Source: a virus | Lineage: Duplodnaviria; Caudoviricetes | Length of the DNA: 64,000 bases | Virus record (IMG/VR): IMGVR_UViG_3300025030_000876 | Coordinates: 676 to 64,675 of that record | Reading direction: 5' to 3' (one strand) | Notes under the pieces: model-generated | What the model was told of the DNA's origin: nothing | Seen by the model: only the letters and a program-made list of their open reading frames with translations | The model's database searches: none | Made by a program: the position numbers and the translations under genes | Shown: positions 1-11,800 of the stretch, piece after piece | How positions within the stretch are numbered: position 1 is the stretch's first letter | Layout of the letters: the number at the start of each line of letters is the position of its first letter

Positions 1-2032
1 CCCCAGCCGGGATGGTAAAGTCGATAAACGTTCTGTCTGTCAGATAATAGGTATCGTAGGGTTCTTCTTCCTCTTCCTCTAATGACGCTGCAATATTGAT
101 TGTCCCTCCAGTTGCAAATTCCGCTCCACCGGTAGTAGCGCTACGGATAGTAGCAAACGATGAGGCATGGGTTGCTTCAATGTAGCCGTCAGTCGTGTTG
201 GCGTAGATAGTTTCAGAACCGCCAGTCTGTGTACTATTATTAACAACAACCGCACCCGAGATAGTAGCAAGATCATTACCAACAACATCCTCAGTACCAT
301 CAGTAGGCTGGGTATAGCTAATAGTAGGCACGTCAGCATCCATGACAGTAGCAGCAGTGCTATAAACCAGCGTATTACTATTTGCCCCACTCACATACGT
401 TAGAGCATTAGTCGGGCTATTAAGTGTCCATCCACCATTGCCGCCAGCACCAAACTTAACTACCTCGTCAAATACCAAAGTAACCTGAGTTCCAGCAGTA
501 TTAACCGTAGCAGATTGCAACGTAGGCGCAGCAGTATCAGGAGTGGCAGACGATACAGCCGTTGCCACAGAACTTCCAGAACTATTACGTGCAACCAAGC
601 AAGAGTTTACTTGAGTCCCGCCAGTAAATCCGCTGATAGCTGCATCTTTGGTAACACCAGAGTGCAATGTGCCGTTAGCCATAATCTCAGCCGCAGTATC
701 ATCACTGGGGTCTACGCTAGTATAAAGGTCATAAGCGCTAGCACCATTGGCATTAGTCCAAGTAGGTATAATAGTCCCACTCCCAGCAGTAATACTAAAT
801 GCAGTAGGCGCAGGAGGAATTAACTGTACAAGGAAGTTGCTACTTTGGGAACTAGTCCCGCCCAAAGAATCTTTGGCCGCCACAGTCCAGTTAGCGTTGC
901 TGCCCGCGGTTTGCGAAGTCACATCAGCATACAATGTGCTAAATTCAGTAGTCCCATCTGGGTATCTAGCGCCATCTTTGTAGACAAGATAAGTTATTGG
1001 AGTATTACCTTCAGGGTCAGTGGATGCTTCCCAATTTAACCTGAATCCAGTTCCACCGGCTAAATAGTTAGTCGCAGTAAACAATGCATAATTAGGAACA
1101 CTAGGCACTTGATTCTCAGCAGTGATGGTGTAAGCATCACTAACAACATTTCCAGCGTTCCCAGCCAAGTCCCTAGCAAAGTGTTTAATAGTCGCAGTTT
1201 CTGTAACACTAATCGCGCCAGAGTAAACTTGCGTAGTCCCAGCAACAGGATACACCGGAGTAGTTCCATCAGTTGTGTAGTAAATATCCACAACAGTTTC
1301 ATCCGCAGAAATCGTGACAGATTGAGTACCACCATAAGTCCCTGCTACCGGGCTTGCTGTAGTAACCGGCAACGTGAGGTCAATGCTCCAAGTGTACGAA
1401 GTAGCAGAAGTCTCTTGCTGCCAGTTACCACCAGAGTCTTTACCGATGACTTCAAGAATGTGCATACCGGCGGAAAGACTCGAAAGTTGGATATGAATAG
1501 AAACAGCAGTCTCGCTACCCCAAGCCCCAGCATCAATCCGGTACTTATAGGCCACAACGTCCGTCCCGCTTACAGTAACATCCGTAGATTGGGAATTAGT
1601 AATCGTTGCAGGAGTACCACTGAGAATCGCAACAACATTTGCAACTCCAATGTCGGCCACATCATAGGCATTTACAGTCGGGATTATACCTCTGACTTCG
1701 TCAGCAATTACTCCCCAGGGAGTATCAAACTTCGCAGCCATCCATACTTTGCCATTGGCGAGTACATATGCTGCGCCATAGTAAGTTGCTGAACCTGTAA
1801 AAGTCCATTCTTGGGTAGCATAGTCAAACCGGACAATACCACTTTGAACAGACGCAACCCAAGATACTTGGGTAAGAGTCTTAGCATCTGCGCCATTACC
1901 ACTAGCAAACGTAAAATCCGCAGCTACAGATGTTTTTACTGGAGTGAAGTTATTAGTAAACAACCTCAACTGAAGATTATCAGGAGGTAGCCTAGTAGCT
2001 TCACCTTCATTTACCAATACCCACTGTGCCAT
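1..2032 (-). CDS. Large multidomain virion fibre/adhesin (Ig/FN3-like, CHB_HEX_C-like and SwmB-like domains); 3' end runs off the window
   Basis: Not in the ORF track because there is no stop in the window. Hand translation from ATG 2032 gives at least 677 open codons: MAQWVLVNEGEATRLPPDNLQLRLFTNNFTP..., IYYTTDGTTP (CHB_HEX_C-like), FRLNWEASTDPEG...YLVYKDG (FN3-like), DTAAPTLQSATVNTAGTQVTLVFDE (SwmB-like). T/S/G/A-rich. Confidence 0.85.
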   Translation of the reverse strand, partial: MAQWVLVNEGEATRLPPDNLQLRLFTNNFTPVKTSVAADFTFASGNGADAKTLTQVSWVASVQSGIVRFDYATQEWTFTGSATYYGAAYVLANGKVWMAAKFDTPWGVIADEVRGIIPTVNAYDVADIGVANVVAILSGTPATITNSQSTDVTVSGTDVVAYKYRIDAGAWGSETAVSIHIQLSSLSAGMHILEVIGKDSGGNWQQETSATSYTWSIDLTLPVTTASPVAGTYGGTQSVTISADETVVDIYYTTDGTTPVYPVAGTTQVYSGAISVTETATIKHFARDLAGNAGNVVSDAYTITAENQVPSVPNYALFTATNYLAGGTGFRLNWEASTDPEGNTPITYLVYKDGARYPDGTTEFSTLYADVTSQTAGSNANWTVAAKDSLGGTSSQSSNFLVQLIPPAPTAFSITAGSGTIIPTWTNANGASAYDLYTSVDPSDDTAAEIMANGTLHSGVTKDAAISGFTGGTQVNSCLVARNSSGSSVATAVSSATPDTAAPTLQSATVNTAGTQVTLVFDEVVKFGAGGNGGWTLNSPTNALTYVSGANSNTLVYSTAATVMDADVPTISYTQPTDGTEDVVGNDLATISGAVVVNNSTQTGGSETIYANTTDGYIEATHASSFATIRSATTGGAEFATGGTINIAASLEEEEEEPYDTYYLTDRTFIDFTIPAG

Positions 2033-2091
2033 ATATACACCTAGTTGGAGTTAGTAATTAAAACAAATGCGCTTCATAGATGCCACAGTCT

Positions 2092-2120
2092 ATCGTAACA
2101 AACAAGAAGCGCAAAGTCAA
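2092..2120 (-). promoter_or_regulatory. sigma70-type promoter TTGACT-N17-TACGAT for the fibre gene
   Basis: Minus-strand -35 at 2115-2120 and -10 at 2092-2097, 17-bp spacer, TGn extension; lies in the intergenic gap. Confidence 0.6.
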
Positions 2121-2158
2121 TAGTAAGGTATTATGTTTTGAATAGTGCCACCATGCTG

Positions 2159-2935
2159 CTAAGAGATGCTCCATTTACTAGCTAAGTAATTATGAATTAG
2201 TGTTAATTCGTTTGTAGTAATGTTTCTATCATAAAACAATACTTCATATACCTTTGTATTTGTAATTGAAGTAGTTGCACCGCCAGGAGATGCAAGGTGA
2301 CTGCCTATGCCTAAATTACTACTGGTTAAGCTATAAGAAAAACTAACAGATTGTATCTCAGTGTTGTTTTTATAACCTTTAACATTACCACTTGCATACT
2401 TCTTTGCTAATGTCATTAAACTAGTTGTTGGGGCGGTAGTGCTTTTAGTAGTTTGCCCATATCCCCCAAACCAATGTTTATCACTATTATAACCTATAGC
2501 ACTATTCTGATTATTTGCCGCAGTCCCAGACAAAAAAGCAATTCCTTCGTAATTTGACGTATTTCGGGATAGCGATTCTACAACAGTGATAATTGTGTGC
2601 GGTTTATCTCCAGAGCCTATAAACACTCCAGAAGATGATACTAAATAATCAGTAGCAAATAAAAGCCCATTCACTCCGCCGACTATCTTCAACTGAGGTC
2701 TTAAATTGTCATCCGCGTTAGTTATATCAAATCCGTGGCCACTTCTATCTTGCCATACTTTAACTAAATCCGTATCATTTTCTGCTGCTACAGTCTTGCT
2801 GGAATCTTGCCACAGACTCCCAGCGTAGGAAGCATCGTACCATGCAATGATATTATCTACCTGAGTAGGTAGAAAATTCCCGGCAGCACTGCTTCCACCA
2901 ACTCCAATTCTCCTTCCTCTAGCACTAAGAGGCAT
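2159..2935 (-). CDS. Virion protein with concanavalin A/LamG-like lectin domain (receptor-binding candidate)
   Basis: AWYDAS...VWQDRSGHG...YEVLFYDRNIT...YLASKW pattern typical of phage LamG-like domains; position in the tail module. Confidence 0.65.
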   Translation of the reverse strand: MPLSARGRRIGVGGSSAAGNFLPTQVDNIIAWYDASYAGSLWQDSSKTVAAENDTDLVKVWQDRSGHGFDITNADDNLRPQLKIVGGVNGLLFATDYLVSSSGVFIGSGDKPHTIITVVESLSRNTSNYEGIAFLSGTAANNQNSAIGYNSDKHWFGGYGQTTKSTTAPTTSLMTLAKKYASGNVKGYKNNTEIQSVSFSYSLTSSNLGIGSHLASPGGATTSITNTKVYEVLFYDRNITTNELTLIHNYLASKWSIS

Positions 2936-3692
2936 GATGACCTCCGATAAACCAGATATTATTAATTCTTGTTGCTTCTACAATTATTCTGCCGGAAGAA
3001 GTAACATCAGTTAAATCCACAGACGCGCCTTCCACTGTTATCGAAGAAGGCACAGTGCCAGCCATAACAAGTAACAACGTAGCACTGGCAGCTTTGCCTA
3101 TTGATGGTGTATTGGAAAAAGTAATAGCTGTATCCACGCCGCTTTCTATTGTAACGACATGAATATTTCCCAGGGAGTAATCGCAAGTTGCAGTACCAGA
3201 AGCCCCAGCAACAGAATTCTCAGTTTCACTATAGCCTTTTAACTCAACCCCATACCCATAAGTTGTGAATAAATTAGACCTGATAGCAACAGGGTAAAAA
3301 GCATCTGACGTAGTGTTTCTATATCCAAGAACAACTCTAGCGACACCTTTGTACCCAGCAGCGGCTCCAGTAGTAATAGATGTTTTGGAAACAGTCAATA
3401 CAGAATTATTAGTCTCATTCAAATCCACATAAGCATATTCATTATCGCTCAGAGCAATATTCCCAGCTGCAATTTCATTTGCAATCGCATTCCCAGCAGC
3501 AGAGATAAAAATCAACCGCATTTTATCCGACCAAGTTAAAGTCCCACTTGCCCAGGTAATACTTCCGTCGCAGTGGAATAAGGTATTATGATGATAAGAC
3601 AATACCTTATCAATCGCTTGCAATGGGGCGTTCATTGCTGTTGCTCTAAACTTAGTGGTCCCATCTGCATAATCAGTTATAAAATTACTCAT
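2925..3692 (-). CDS. Tail fibre/baseplate-associated protein
   Basis: 255 aa, beta-rich, tail module synteny. Confidence 0.55.
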   Translation of the reverse strand: MSNFITDYADGTTKFRATAMNAPLQAIDKVLSYHHNTLFHCDGSITWASGTLTWSDKMRLIFISAAGNAIANEIAAGNIALSDNEYAYVDLNETNNSVLTVSKTSITTGAAAGYKGVARVVLGYRNTTSDAFYPVAIRSNLFTTYGYGVELKGYSETENSVAGASGTATCDYSLGNIHVVTIESGVDTAITFSNTPSIGKAASATLLLVMAGTVPSSITVEGASVDLTDVTSSGRIIVEATRINNIWFIGGHHAS

Positions 3693-3703
3693 CCTTTGCT
3701 CCT

Positions 3704-4777
3704 TTAAACCATTAATTCGCCACTAACGTCTAACAACGGAATAAGTGCGTAGCCATAAATTATATTACTTTTCCCAACAACCTCAATCCTAACCTTTGGG
3801 GAAACATCCCCAGGGTCAACATTACCTCGATAGTATGCTATGGTGTCATTACCATCAAATCCAGTAGTTAATGTTGTGATTGTTTTACCTGAGTCAAAAT
3901 AGCCATTCCCTTCTTCACAGAAAGCATATAATGTATAACTTCCTGTTATATTTTCCCCATACTGATCTTTGGCTAGAATTGCAATAGTCGCCGGATTACC
4001 GAGCCAAGCCAATGGGGTATCAATGTCTTTATCACAAGTAACCACTATGCTACTAATAACCGCCGCATACCATATTGCATTTATCATATCCGCCCTAACT
4101 TCTGTTGCGCTAGAAGTAAACAAAATATGACAAAGCTTAACATGGCTGGAAGGAACAGCTGGTAACGTTGGGTTGGAAGTTACTTCTGAACTACTAATAA
4201 CATCTACAAGCCCATCAATTCCAATAACAAGCAAGTCATATCTTACTTTCCCAGTAGCCGGAGCAGTGAATTCAATAACATCAATATCCCCGCCCATTAA
4301 GGTGTCATCACCCATTGTCATGTCACTATCAGCAAGCATAGTAACACCAGCAACAGAGTAAACAACACCATTAATACGGTAAGTTCCAGAAGCTATTGTT
4401 ACTTTCATCTCTCCCGGTATCGGGTAAACTTGAAGCCCAGTAACAATAGTATCAACAGAAGAAACTCCTGGTAATGCTTCAACTCCATTTGGGAATGTTG
4501 GGATATTCATACCATGACCAACAATCTCAAACAAAGTCCTATTACCACCCCTATGAGCAATCCTTACAGCATTACCAGGTTTTAAATACTGTGGCGTGCT
4601 TTCCCAATTCTCAGGATACCTTGCATACAAAGGCAAGTTAGACCCTTGGATTCTTACTTTGCACTTTCTCAGGTCTTCATAAACCTCATACACAATAGCA
4701 TCCCTAGTCTCTGACATACTAGATGCCACTCGTTGCATGTTCTTTCTAAGAAATCTTTTTTGCATTAGTGGATTCAT
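3704..4777 (-). CDS. Tail tip/baseplate protein (N-terminal OB-like segment)
   Basis: Start placed at ATG 4777, overlapping the upstream stop (TAATG); follows the tail tip gene. Confidence 0.55.
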   Translation of the reverse strand: MNPLMQKRFLRKNMQRVASSMSETRDAIVYEVYEDLRKCKVRIQGSNLPLYARYPENWESTPQYLKPGNAVRIAHRGGNRTLFEIVGHGMNIPTFPNGVEALPGVSSVDTIVTGLQVYPIPGEMKVTIASGTYRINGVVYSVAGVTMLADSDMTMGDDTLMGGDIDVIEFTAPATGKVRYDLLVIGIDGLVDVISSSEVTSNPTLPAVPSSHVKLCHILFTSSATEVRADMINAIWYAAVISSIVVTCDKDIDTPLAWLGNPATIAILAKDQYGENITGSYTLYAFCEEGNGYFDSGKTITTLTTGFDGNDTIAYYRGNVDPGDVSPKVRIEVVGKSNIIYGYALIPLLDVSGELMV

Positions 4778-7700
4778 TAAATTCTCCACCCTTCTATTTT
4801 GTCAATAACTTTAGGTTCTTTACCAAGCTCCCAAGTACGCTCAATCTCGCTAATAAATATTTTCATTACTTGCCCAGAGTAAGGGTGCGGGATTTGAATT
4901 GTATCCCCTTCTTCGTCTTGGAAATGTGCAATCTTCTCAAGTTGAACTCGCTTGCGTTGCAATTTCTTGAGCATGATAAGAAACTCAGCAAAAACTCTAC
5001 AATCCCCGACAGTATAACAAGCAAACCCTTCAACTTTCTCAGCAATGATTTTACCAATCTCAATCTGGAATTCTTCATCATTGGCTGTGTATTCTACTGA
5101 CCTTCTAGCATACCCAAGTGGTTGTGCCCAGATTTCATATTGGAAGTTGCACATACTGCCAAGAATTGTAAGCGCGATATAAAGCCCAGTACCTTCAATA
5201 TACCTACCCCAAGGATAAGTGAGTTTACCAGTCGCAGGGTCTACAATATCCCCAATCTTATTCCCAGCAAAGTAAGTAGCAATAGCAGCGGTTAACTGCG
5301 GAATCAAATTAGGCACATCAACAGTGACAGTACAAAACTTCTCAAAACTATCAACTTCGCTGATAGATTCATCAACTTCACCAGCAAGAAAGAAACCCAT
5401 CCCCGAAGCAGACTCAAGTACCTCCAACCTCGGATATCTACATCTCCTACTCCTATCCTCCGAGTAATAAACATCAAAATCCTTCTTCATTCCCCACCAG
5501 CCTGCAGTACCACTAAGCGAAGCTACTCTTTCTTCAGGAAACAATATCTCAATATCATCCTGTTCTTCCCCGGTAACAGTAACTCTATTAACCATATCCG
5601 AGTAACTATCATCCGGTGAATATCCAATCATTGCTTTCTTATCAGTATACGTATGATTCACTGAATTGTCTATTGCAATCTTTCTGGTAATAAACTTATC
5701 ATCAGTAGTCATTGTAGAGAAATGCCCATACCGATTACAGATAATAGGAATCATATCACTAAGTTTAGTATCCGCCCATTGAGCATCAATTAAGTTAGGC
5801 CCAGTGAAATTAATAGTAATATCCCCAGAAGCTATCCCGCCAAGATTCTCAACTAAATCAGCCAAAATAGCTTCAGGATATTGGCCCTGATAGCTCACAA
5901 CAACTTGTTCATCATCATCCCAGAAGGTTCTAATATCCTGCGCGGTAATAGATATTGTAGGATACTGGCTTATTCTGAAACTCAACGCAGTCTCAGTAAC
6001 ATAAAAAGTCCCTTGGGCAGCCCAATAATCAACCCCAGATACTTTTTCCCCTGCTTTAAATACTAACTTCCTTCCTTTCTTTACATATTTATTAAACAAC
6101 GAAAGCAAGTTAGATGGGTCAAACAAGTACCCATGAGATAACTTAAACTGAAGTTCATGAGGCGAACCATCCACGGCTACTTTACGTGAAATACTATCAA
6201 CTAAGTACTCTGTAACATCAAACTGAGGTTCAATACTATCCCAAGCAAGGTAATACTTTGTATTGTTGGATTTATCCTTTTGCCAAAAAGCCCATACTTT
6301 ATTATCTTCATCAATCCCAACCCAAGCATTAAAATCAGAAATACCATTAATCAATTTAGCAGAAGTACTAAATTCCCAATCGGTATCTTTTGCTCCTATT
6401 TTGTACATTGTTTGTTTGAATTTACCATCCCTAAGAAATGTAGTAATTCCAAGATAACTGTAAGATGCAGCAAAATACCGATCATTTGCTTGGTCATATA
6501 ATGCCCACCATAAATTATCTGTATTATTTGGTGTAATTCCCGGTATTTCATCATTACTTTTCCTATCAAACGTTTCTGTTAATGTATTAAAAATAACAAC
6601 ACCGTCAGAACTTGTACCTATTAGTATTTCATCAAGTTCCGGGACAAGAGTTAAAGAATTAAATCCATAATCATTAGCAGTCTTATATGGGGGGATAGCA
6701 AAATGAACATAACTAGATGCAACATCAATAATACACAATCCTTTTTGGGTATCATAACCACTAGAAGCGTAATAAGTAAAAATGCCATATATTTTATTAT
6801 TATGAAGTACAAAATCACCTAATGAGTTTCTAGGAAGCCCCCCATCAGGGTTAGCATTTAATCTAAAAGATTCTGCTCCCGCAGCCAAATCCCAACAACG
6901 TAAAGCAGCATCGCCTTCAATACCATCAATCTGACTAAACCAATATTCATTACCATAAATACGTCGCTGTAAAAGATTTGACCCAAAAACATCACTCATT
7001 GTATAAAAATCAGCAGAGACATTAAATGTATATTCTGGTCCAGTGTCATTTAAATCAAGATAACCAACAACGGAATAGCCACTTGTCCCTCCACTCATAC
7101 GACCATAAGCCATTATCCAAACATGGTTATTAACTTCGTCATATTCATGATATGCTTCAGCAAAAGCTCTGTTAGAGGGCCAACCAACGACATTTTGTGC
7201 AGTTTCTGTGGCTGTATGCGTTGTGAAATTAAAACTCCGCATAACATCAGTTTCAGCTTCCCATACACAGATATGTGGTAATGTACCAACAATTACTTTA
7301 TTTCCAACCATAGCCCGTTTGTAACACTCATCATATCTACTAGATACATATTGAATAACGGCAGGCACAGCCGGGGTTGTTATATAATTCCTAGTTTTAG
7401 TAATAGTCCATGTGGCAATGTCAATTTCAAAAATTCCTTGTAAATGGGTATACACATAACCAGATTCAGCCACCACAGCATATAATTTCTGGTTAACAGA
7501 ATCCAGCATAATATAGGAAACAAAATCATAACCACTATCACCACCCTGCTGTGGAGGCCAACCTGTGGTACTTTCGCCTATGAATAAAGCACCAGACTCT
7601 TCTGTAAAAGCAAGATACATTGAATCTGCATCAGTTTGAACAGCAGAAGGGTAATATCCGATTTTAGTGAAATCAGTATAATTTGTGACTTTAACCGTAG

Positions 7701-8478
7701 TTCCCCACGTAGCCCCGTTATCTGTTGATTTTGAATAGTAAATATTCCGTAATGGATTTAAATTTGTATCCAAACCATCAACAAAATAGAAAAACAATAA
7801 TAATTCACTTTCAGCAGCAGTCTCCAACAAAAAGAATGTAGACGCTCTATTATCTATTGTATTACTTGGTGATAATCCAAACGAAGAAATAATATCTACT
7901 ACAGAACTCCAAGAAGTAAAATTACTGGATGTTCTAACAAAAACATTCCAGGCAGGAGTGCCTGAAGTGTAGTTATTATAAACCATCGTATAAGTATCAT
8001 TTGCTAATCTAATTACAGTGATAGAATACTTAACATAAGAATTGCTTATAATTAGATAATCACTTATTGTGATTGCGCCAGATACATTAACCCCAAAGGC
8101 TCTTATGTCATAGTTAGCGCCATTCTTTCTAATATAACAAACCCCTATATCCCCATTAACCAACTCAACCAATGCAAAATCATCAATATCAGTATTGGTG
8201 ATTAGCGGGATATCTATAGTAAATTCAATCCTATCAACATCGGTATAAAACATATACAAATGATTAGTAGTTGAATCCGCATACTCTAGGTTAAACCCAA
8301 TTATTCTTCCAGAAGAATGTACCAAAAACTTTGGCTTCATTTCTTTCGTATCCGAAGTAAAAACATTACCAGTAAACGGAATATCCGCAACAGTCTTCAT
8401 CGAAAGCAGTTGCACAATCGGATGATGTTCAACTCCATCCTGGGCAGTTTGGAGTGCTGAATCAAGAGTAAGTGCCAT
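4777..8478 (-). CDS. Tail tip/central hub protein with Asp-box beta-propeller region
   Basis: 1233 aa, two genes after the tape measure; Asp-box-like STDNGATW and SSNFTSW; C-terminal NRVTVTG...EEGDTIQI hub-like region. Confidence 0.7.
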   Translation of the reverse strand: MALTLDSALQTAQDGVEHHPIVQLLSMKTVADIPFTGNVFTSDTKEMKPKFLVHSSGRIIGFNLEYADSTTNHLYMFYTDVDRIEFTIDIPLITNTDIDDFALVELVNGDIGVCYIRKNGANYDIRAFGVNVSGAITISDYLIISNSYVKYSITVIRLANDTYTMVYNNYTSGTPAWNVFVRTSSNFTSWSSVVDIISSFGLSPSNTIDNRASTFFLLETAAESELLLFFYFVDGLDTNLNPLRNIYYSKSTDNGATWGTTVKVTNYTDFTKIGYYPSAVQTDADSMYLAFTEESGALFIGESTTGWPPQQGGDSGYDFVSYIMLDSVNQKLYAVVAESGYVYTHLQGIFEIDIATWTITKTRNYITTPAVPAVIQYVSSRYDECYKRAMVGNKVIVGTLPHICVWEAETDVMRSFNFTTHTATETAQNVVGWPSNRAFAEAYHEYDEVNNHVWIMAYGRMSGGTSGYSVVGYLDLNDTGPEYTFNVSADFYTMSDVFGSNLLQRRIYGNEYWFSQIDGIEGDAALRCWDLAAGAESFRLNANPDGGLPRNSLGDFVLHNNKIYGIFTYYASSGYDTQKGLCIIDVASSYVHFAIPPYKTANDYGFNSLTLVPELDEILIGTSSDGVVIFNTLTETFDRKSNDEIPGITPNNTDNLWWALYDQANDRYFAASYSYLGITTFLRDGKFKQTMYKIGAKDTDWEFSTSAKLINGISDFNAWVGIDEDNKVWAFWQKDKSNNTKYYLAWDSIEPQFDVTEYLVDSISRKVAVDGSPHELQFKLSHGYLFDPSNLLSLFNKYVKKGRKLVFKAGEKVSGVDYWAAQGTFYVTETALSFRISQYPTISITAQDIRTFWDDDEQVVVSYQGQYPEAILADLVENLGGIASGDITINFTGPNLIDAQWADTKLSDMIPIICNRYGHFSTMTTDDKFITRKIAIDNSVNHTYTDKKAMIGYSPDDSYSDMVNRVTVTGEEQDDIEILFPEERVASLSGTAGWWGMKKDFDVYYSEDRSRRCRYPRLEVLESASGMGFFLAGEVDESISEVDSFEKFCTVTVDVPNLIPQLTAAIATYFAGNKIGDIVDPATGKLTYPWGRYIEGTGLYIALTILGSMCNFQYEIWAQPLGYARRSVEYTANDEEFQIEIGKIIAEKVEGFACYTVGDCRVFAEFLIMLKKLQRKRVQLEKIAHFQDEEGDTIQIPHPYSGQVMKIFISEIERTWELGKEPKVIDKIEGWRI

Positions 8479-8855
8479 TATGCAACCTCGCTTATGATGA
8501 CAAAATCAAGTTCCACATCTTTGCGGAAAGAGAATCCAGTAGAAACTAGTTTTGGGAGATATAGCTTTCCAGTAAGACTCCGTATTCTAATATTATACGT
8601 CTTCGATGACCCATCGGCGGGATTTAATACTACCGAAGCACTAGCTTGGTAAAGAGCATCCAGGGAGTTAAACAACGCTTCGGGCATTACATCCCAAGAG
8701 AGTGTTCTCTCAACTCCGGCGATGAAGTTGCCAAAATCAAAATAAGCAACTCCATCCATAGTCTCTACAACCGCATCCCGTTTCTCAGCAGTCAATACCC
8801 CACTAAGTTCTTCATTGGTTGTTATTGCAACCCCGCCGATAGTCATACTGGACAT
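8478..8855 (-). CDS. Distal tail protein-like
   Basis: 125 aa directly downstream of the tape measure. Confidence 0.5.
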   Translation of the reverse strand: MSSMTIGGVAITTNEELSGVLTAEKRDAVVETMDGVAYFDFGNFIAGVERTLSWDVMPEALFNSLDALYQASASVVLNPADGSSKTYNIRIRSLTGKLYLPKLVSTGFSFRKDVELDFVIISEVA

Positions 8856-11800
8856 TAACTGTGTCTCCTAACGTATTTTGCAACTGTGTGTTCTATTTCT
8901 TGGCGTAAACCACTAGCATAAGCTTCTGAAGCAGGGCCATTGATATTTACTGGAACACTAATACTATGCCCACCAGCACCACCAGGATTCACATACTCCG
9001 GATGATTTTCTGCAATCTGATAAGTCTTGCCACTATCTTGCCCAACTCCAAACACAGGCTCGGTAATCCAACCACCATTAGCATACGAGTAATCAAATCC
9101 AGCAAGTGCGTCACCAGGAACAGGGGCAGAGCCTTTCATCGGGTTTCCAGCTAACCCAAACCCACCATTAAACAAGCTAGCCCCAAAATCAAGTATAGAC
9201 CCACCAACACCACTAAAAGTACCCATCAACCCGCCAGCACCATTGGCAAATACATTATTAGCATTCCCGCCAGTGAGCAAATTCATCGCAGTATTAGCCA
9301 TTGCATCTGCCAGAATTCTATTAAGCGACTGAGCAAACGCTTTCCAGTAATCCGTAAATGAATCCATCTCCCCTTCAAGCGCATCAAAAAAGAAATCGCT
9401 GAAAGAGTCCTTCATTGCAGACGCAGTATCATTTGCAATAGAAACCCAAATGTCAAAGTACTCAGGAAGCTCAGCAGTGAATTTCAGCAACCCAAACTTA
9501 AACCCATTAAGAGGATTCTTTAGTTGCTTTAGCCTTTCCCCAATCCTGGCAATTGCTGACTCCTGCTCAGCAATCTGGGCAGCAAGATCAGCAGTGTCTT
9601 TGGAAGTAGGATTCAACCTACGTTCAATCTCATATCTCTCATACGCCAACGCAAGTTGCTGTTGCTGAATCAGTAGTTCTTCCTTCAACGCTGCTTTGTT
9701 CCCAATCTGGAAAAACTCTTTCTTAAACTCCAACGCAGCCAGTTTGGTTTGCAGCAATACTTCTTTCTTGGAAATCTCAAGAATCTCTGCTTCTCTGTCT
9801 CGTCTAGCAAGCAAGAAAGCAGAATATTTCTTCGCCCAAATTTCAAATTCATTACGCTTAGGACTCCCAACCACCCAAAGTTCCCTAACAACAACCATGA
9901 ACTTATCAAGGTCTTTCTGGGAATCAATAAGAGCCTTGTCAAATGCTTCAATACCTTCACTCAACATATCAGCATTAAATTGCTCAAAAGTATCTTTAAC
10001 TTTATCCAACTTCATTTTCTCAATATTATCAACAACACTCTGACCGAACTTATTCAGCAAAGCAGTCCATTCTTCAAATTGCTCTTTGGGCAATCCGAGT
10101 TTTAGTGCTTCATTGAGTTCATCACCCAAATCAGACATCTTAACAAACTGTTCATATACTTCCTTAGCCACCTCACTCATATTCTGCTTTGCTAAATCAT
10201 CATACAATCCACGCATCTTATCTCTAATGGAATCTATTTTAGTACCAAGTTTATCTGCCCCTTTTCCATCAGAACCATCAAAGCTAAACGTCCCAAAGAA
10301 CTCCATCATACTTTTCTTTATTTCTTCAGGGCTTAATCCTTTAATATCTTCAAATTTAAATACCTTAGCAAAGTAATCCCCAAGTTCTTTAACAGGATCA
10401 GTGAAATATTGAGTAAAATCTAAAGACTTACCAATAGCAGCAAAAGACCTCTTAACCGAGCCAGCAGCATGATCTGCGGCTTCATCTAAATCCATACCAT
10501 AAGCAATTGCCTGGGTAAGTTTTTTCATATACAACAAAGAACCGCCAGCACCCAACGCCGCAGTGCCAACAGCAATTATTGCCAACGCGCCTTTACTTAA
10601 CGCTGCTGCGGCCAACGGCCAAGCTTTAGCAAGACTATACCCAGCAGTAACAATCGTAGCAACACCCCTGCCAAGTGCCCCAATAGTCTTAATAATAGTC
10701 CAAGCACCGCTAAGTACAATCAACTTAGCCATTATCCAAAAAGTAGCCATCAATGCAGTACGAATCAACATCGTTGCAGTCGCTACTTTAAATAATGCAA
10801 CCGCCAAACTCTTTGCTTGGCCCTCCCCGGAAGAAAATGAAGCAAAGAAAGTATATGCTTTCTTAGCTAAATCAGCAAACAACCCAACAACATTACGAAT
10901 CAACTGCCAGGTTCTGTAGAAAGCATTATAGAACTTAACCCCAAGAGGAGCCAAAGTTCCGTCGGCTTGAAACAGTTGTTTGTTGAAATTCTTAAGTGTA
11001 TCCACCCAACCCTGGTAAATCCCACTAGCCCTAATCGCCATCATGGAGATTACCGATAACGAGTTCTTCGCAACTCCATACTGACCTTGAATTGTAGTCA
11101 ATGCCTCAACAATAGCATCTTTGAAATCAAACATTCTATCAGTGAGCTTGGACCACATCTCTGTAGTAGACCCACCTTCTTCTCGTATCTTTTTAAGTGT
11201 TGCATACAAGTCAGGGATAGCTTTTTTAATCATCAACATAAACTGGTCAGAGATTCTGGCCGAGCCATTAAATAAAGATTGAATCTCTTGACGAACCTGT
11301 TTAGTACTGCTACCGACAGTTGTAGCGATTTCACGAATTAACGCAAACGTATTGAGCGTTTTTGCAGCATCTTCGGGCTTAACCACTACACCAAACTGGG
11401 CAAGCTCCTTAAGCCCACTACCTATTTCATCCATCGTAACACCATAAGCTGGCGCCAGACGAATCATTTCTTGCATAGTACCAGCCATGATGCTTTTTAA
11501 TGCAGTAAACCGCTGCTCAAACCCGCCCATTCCATCAGACAACAACGCTAACATACCCGCAGTAGTGGCTACTGAGTTCTGATACTCATCAGCAAACTTA
11601 GCCCCGCCAGCAAAAGTCCTGCTAACATTACCAATTGCCATTTCAACTGCATTAATCGCTCTATAAGCAATCCAGAAACCAATAGCAACTCGACCAAACC
11701 TATCCATCCAGTTATTAGTCCACTGGTGGTTAGTTTTGATGTTGTTAGTAAGCCCATGAACACCAGTAGATAATCTGCCAATCCCTTCTTTGGCTTTGTT

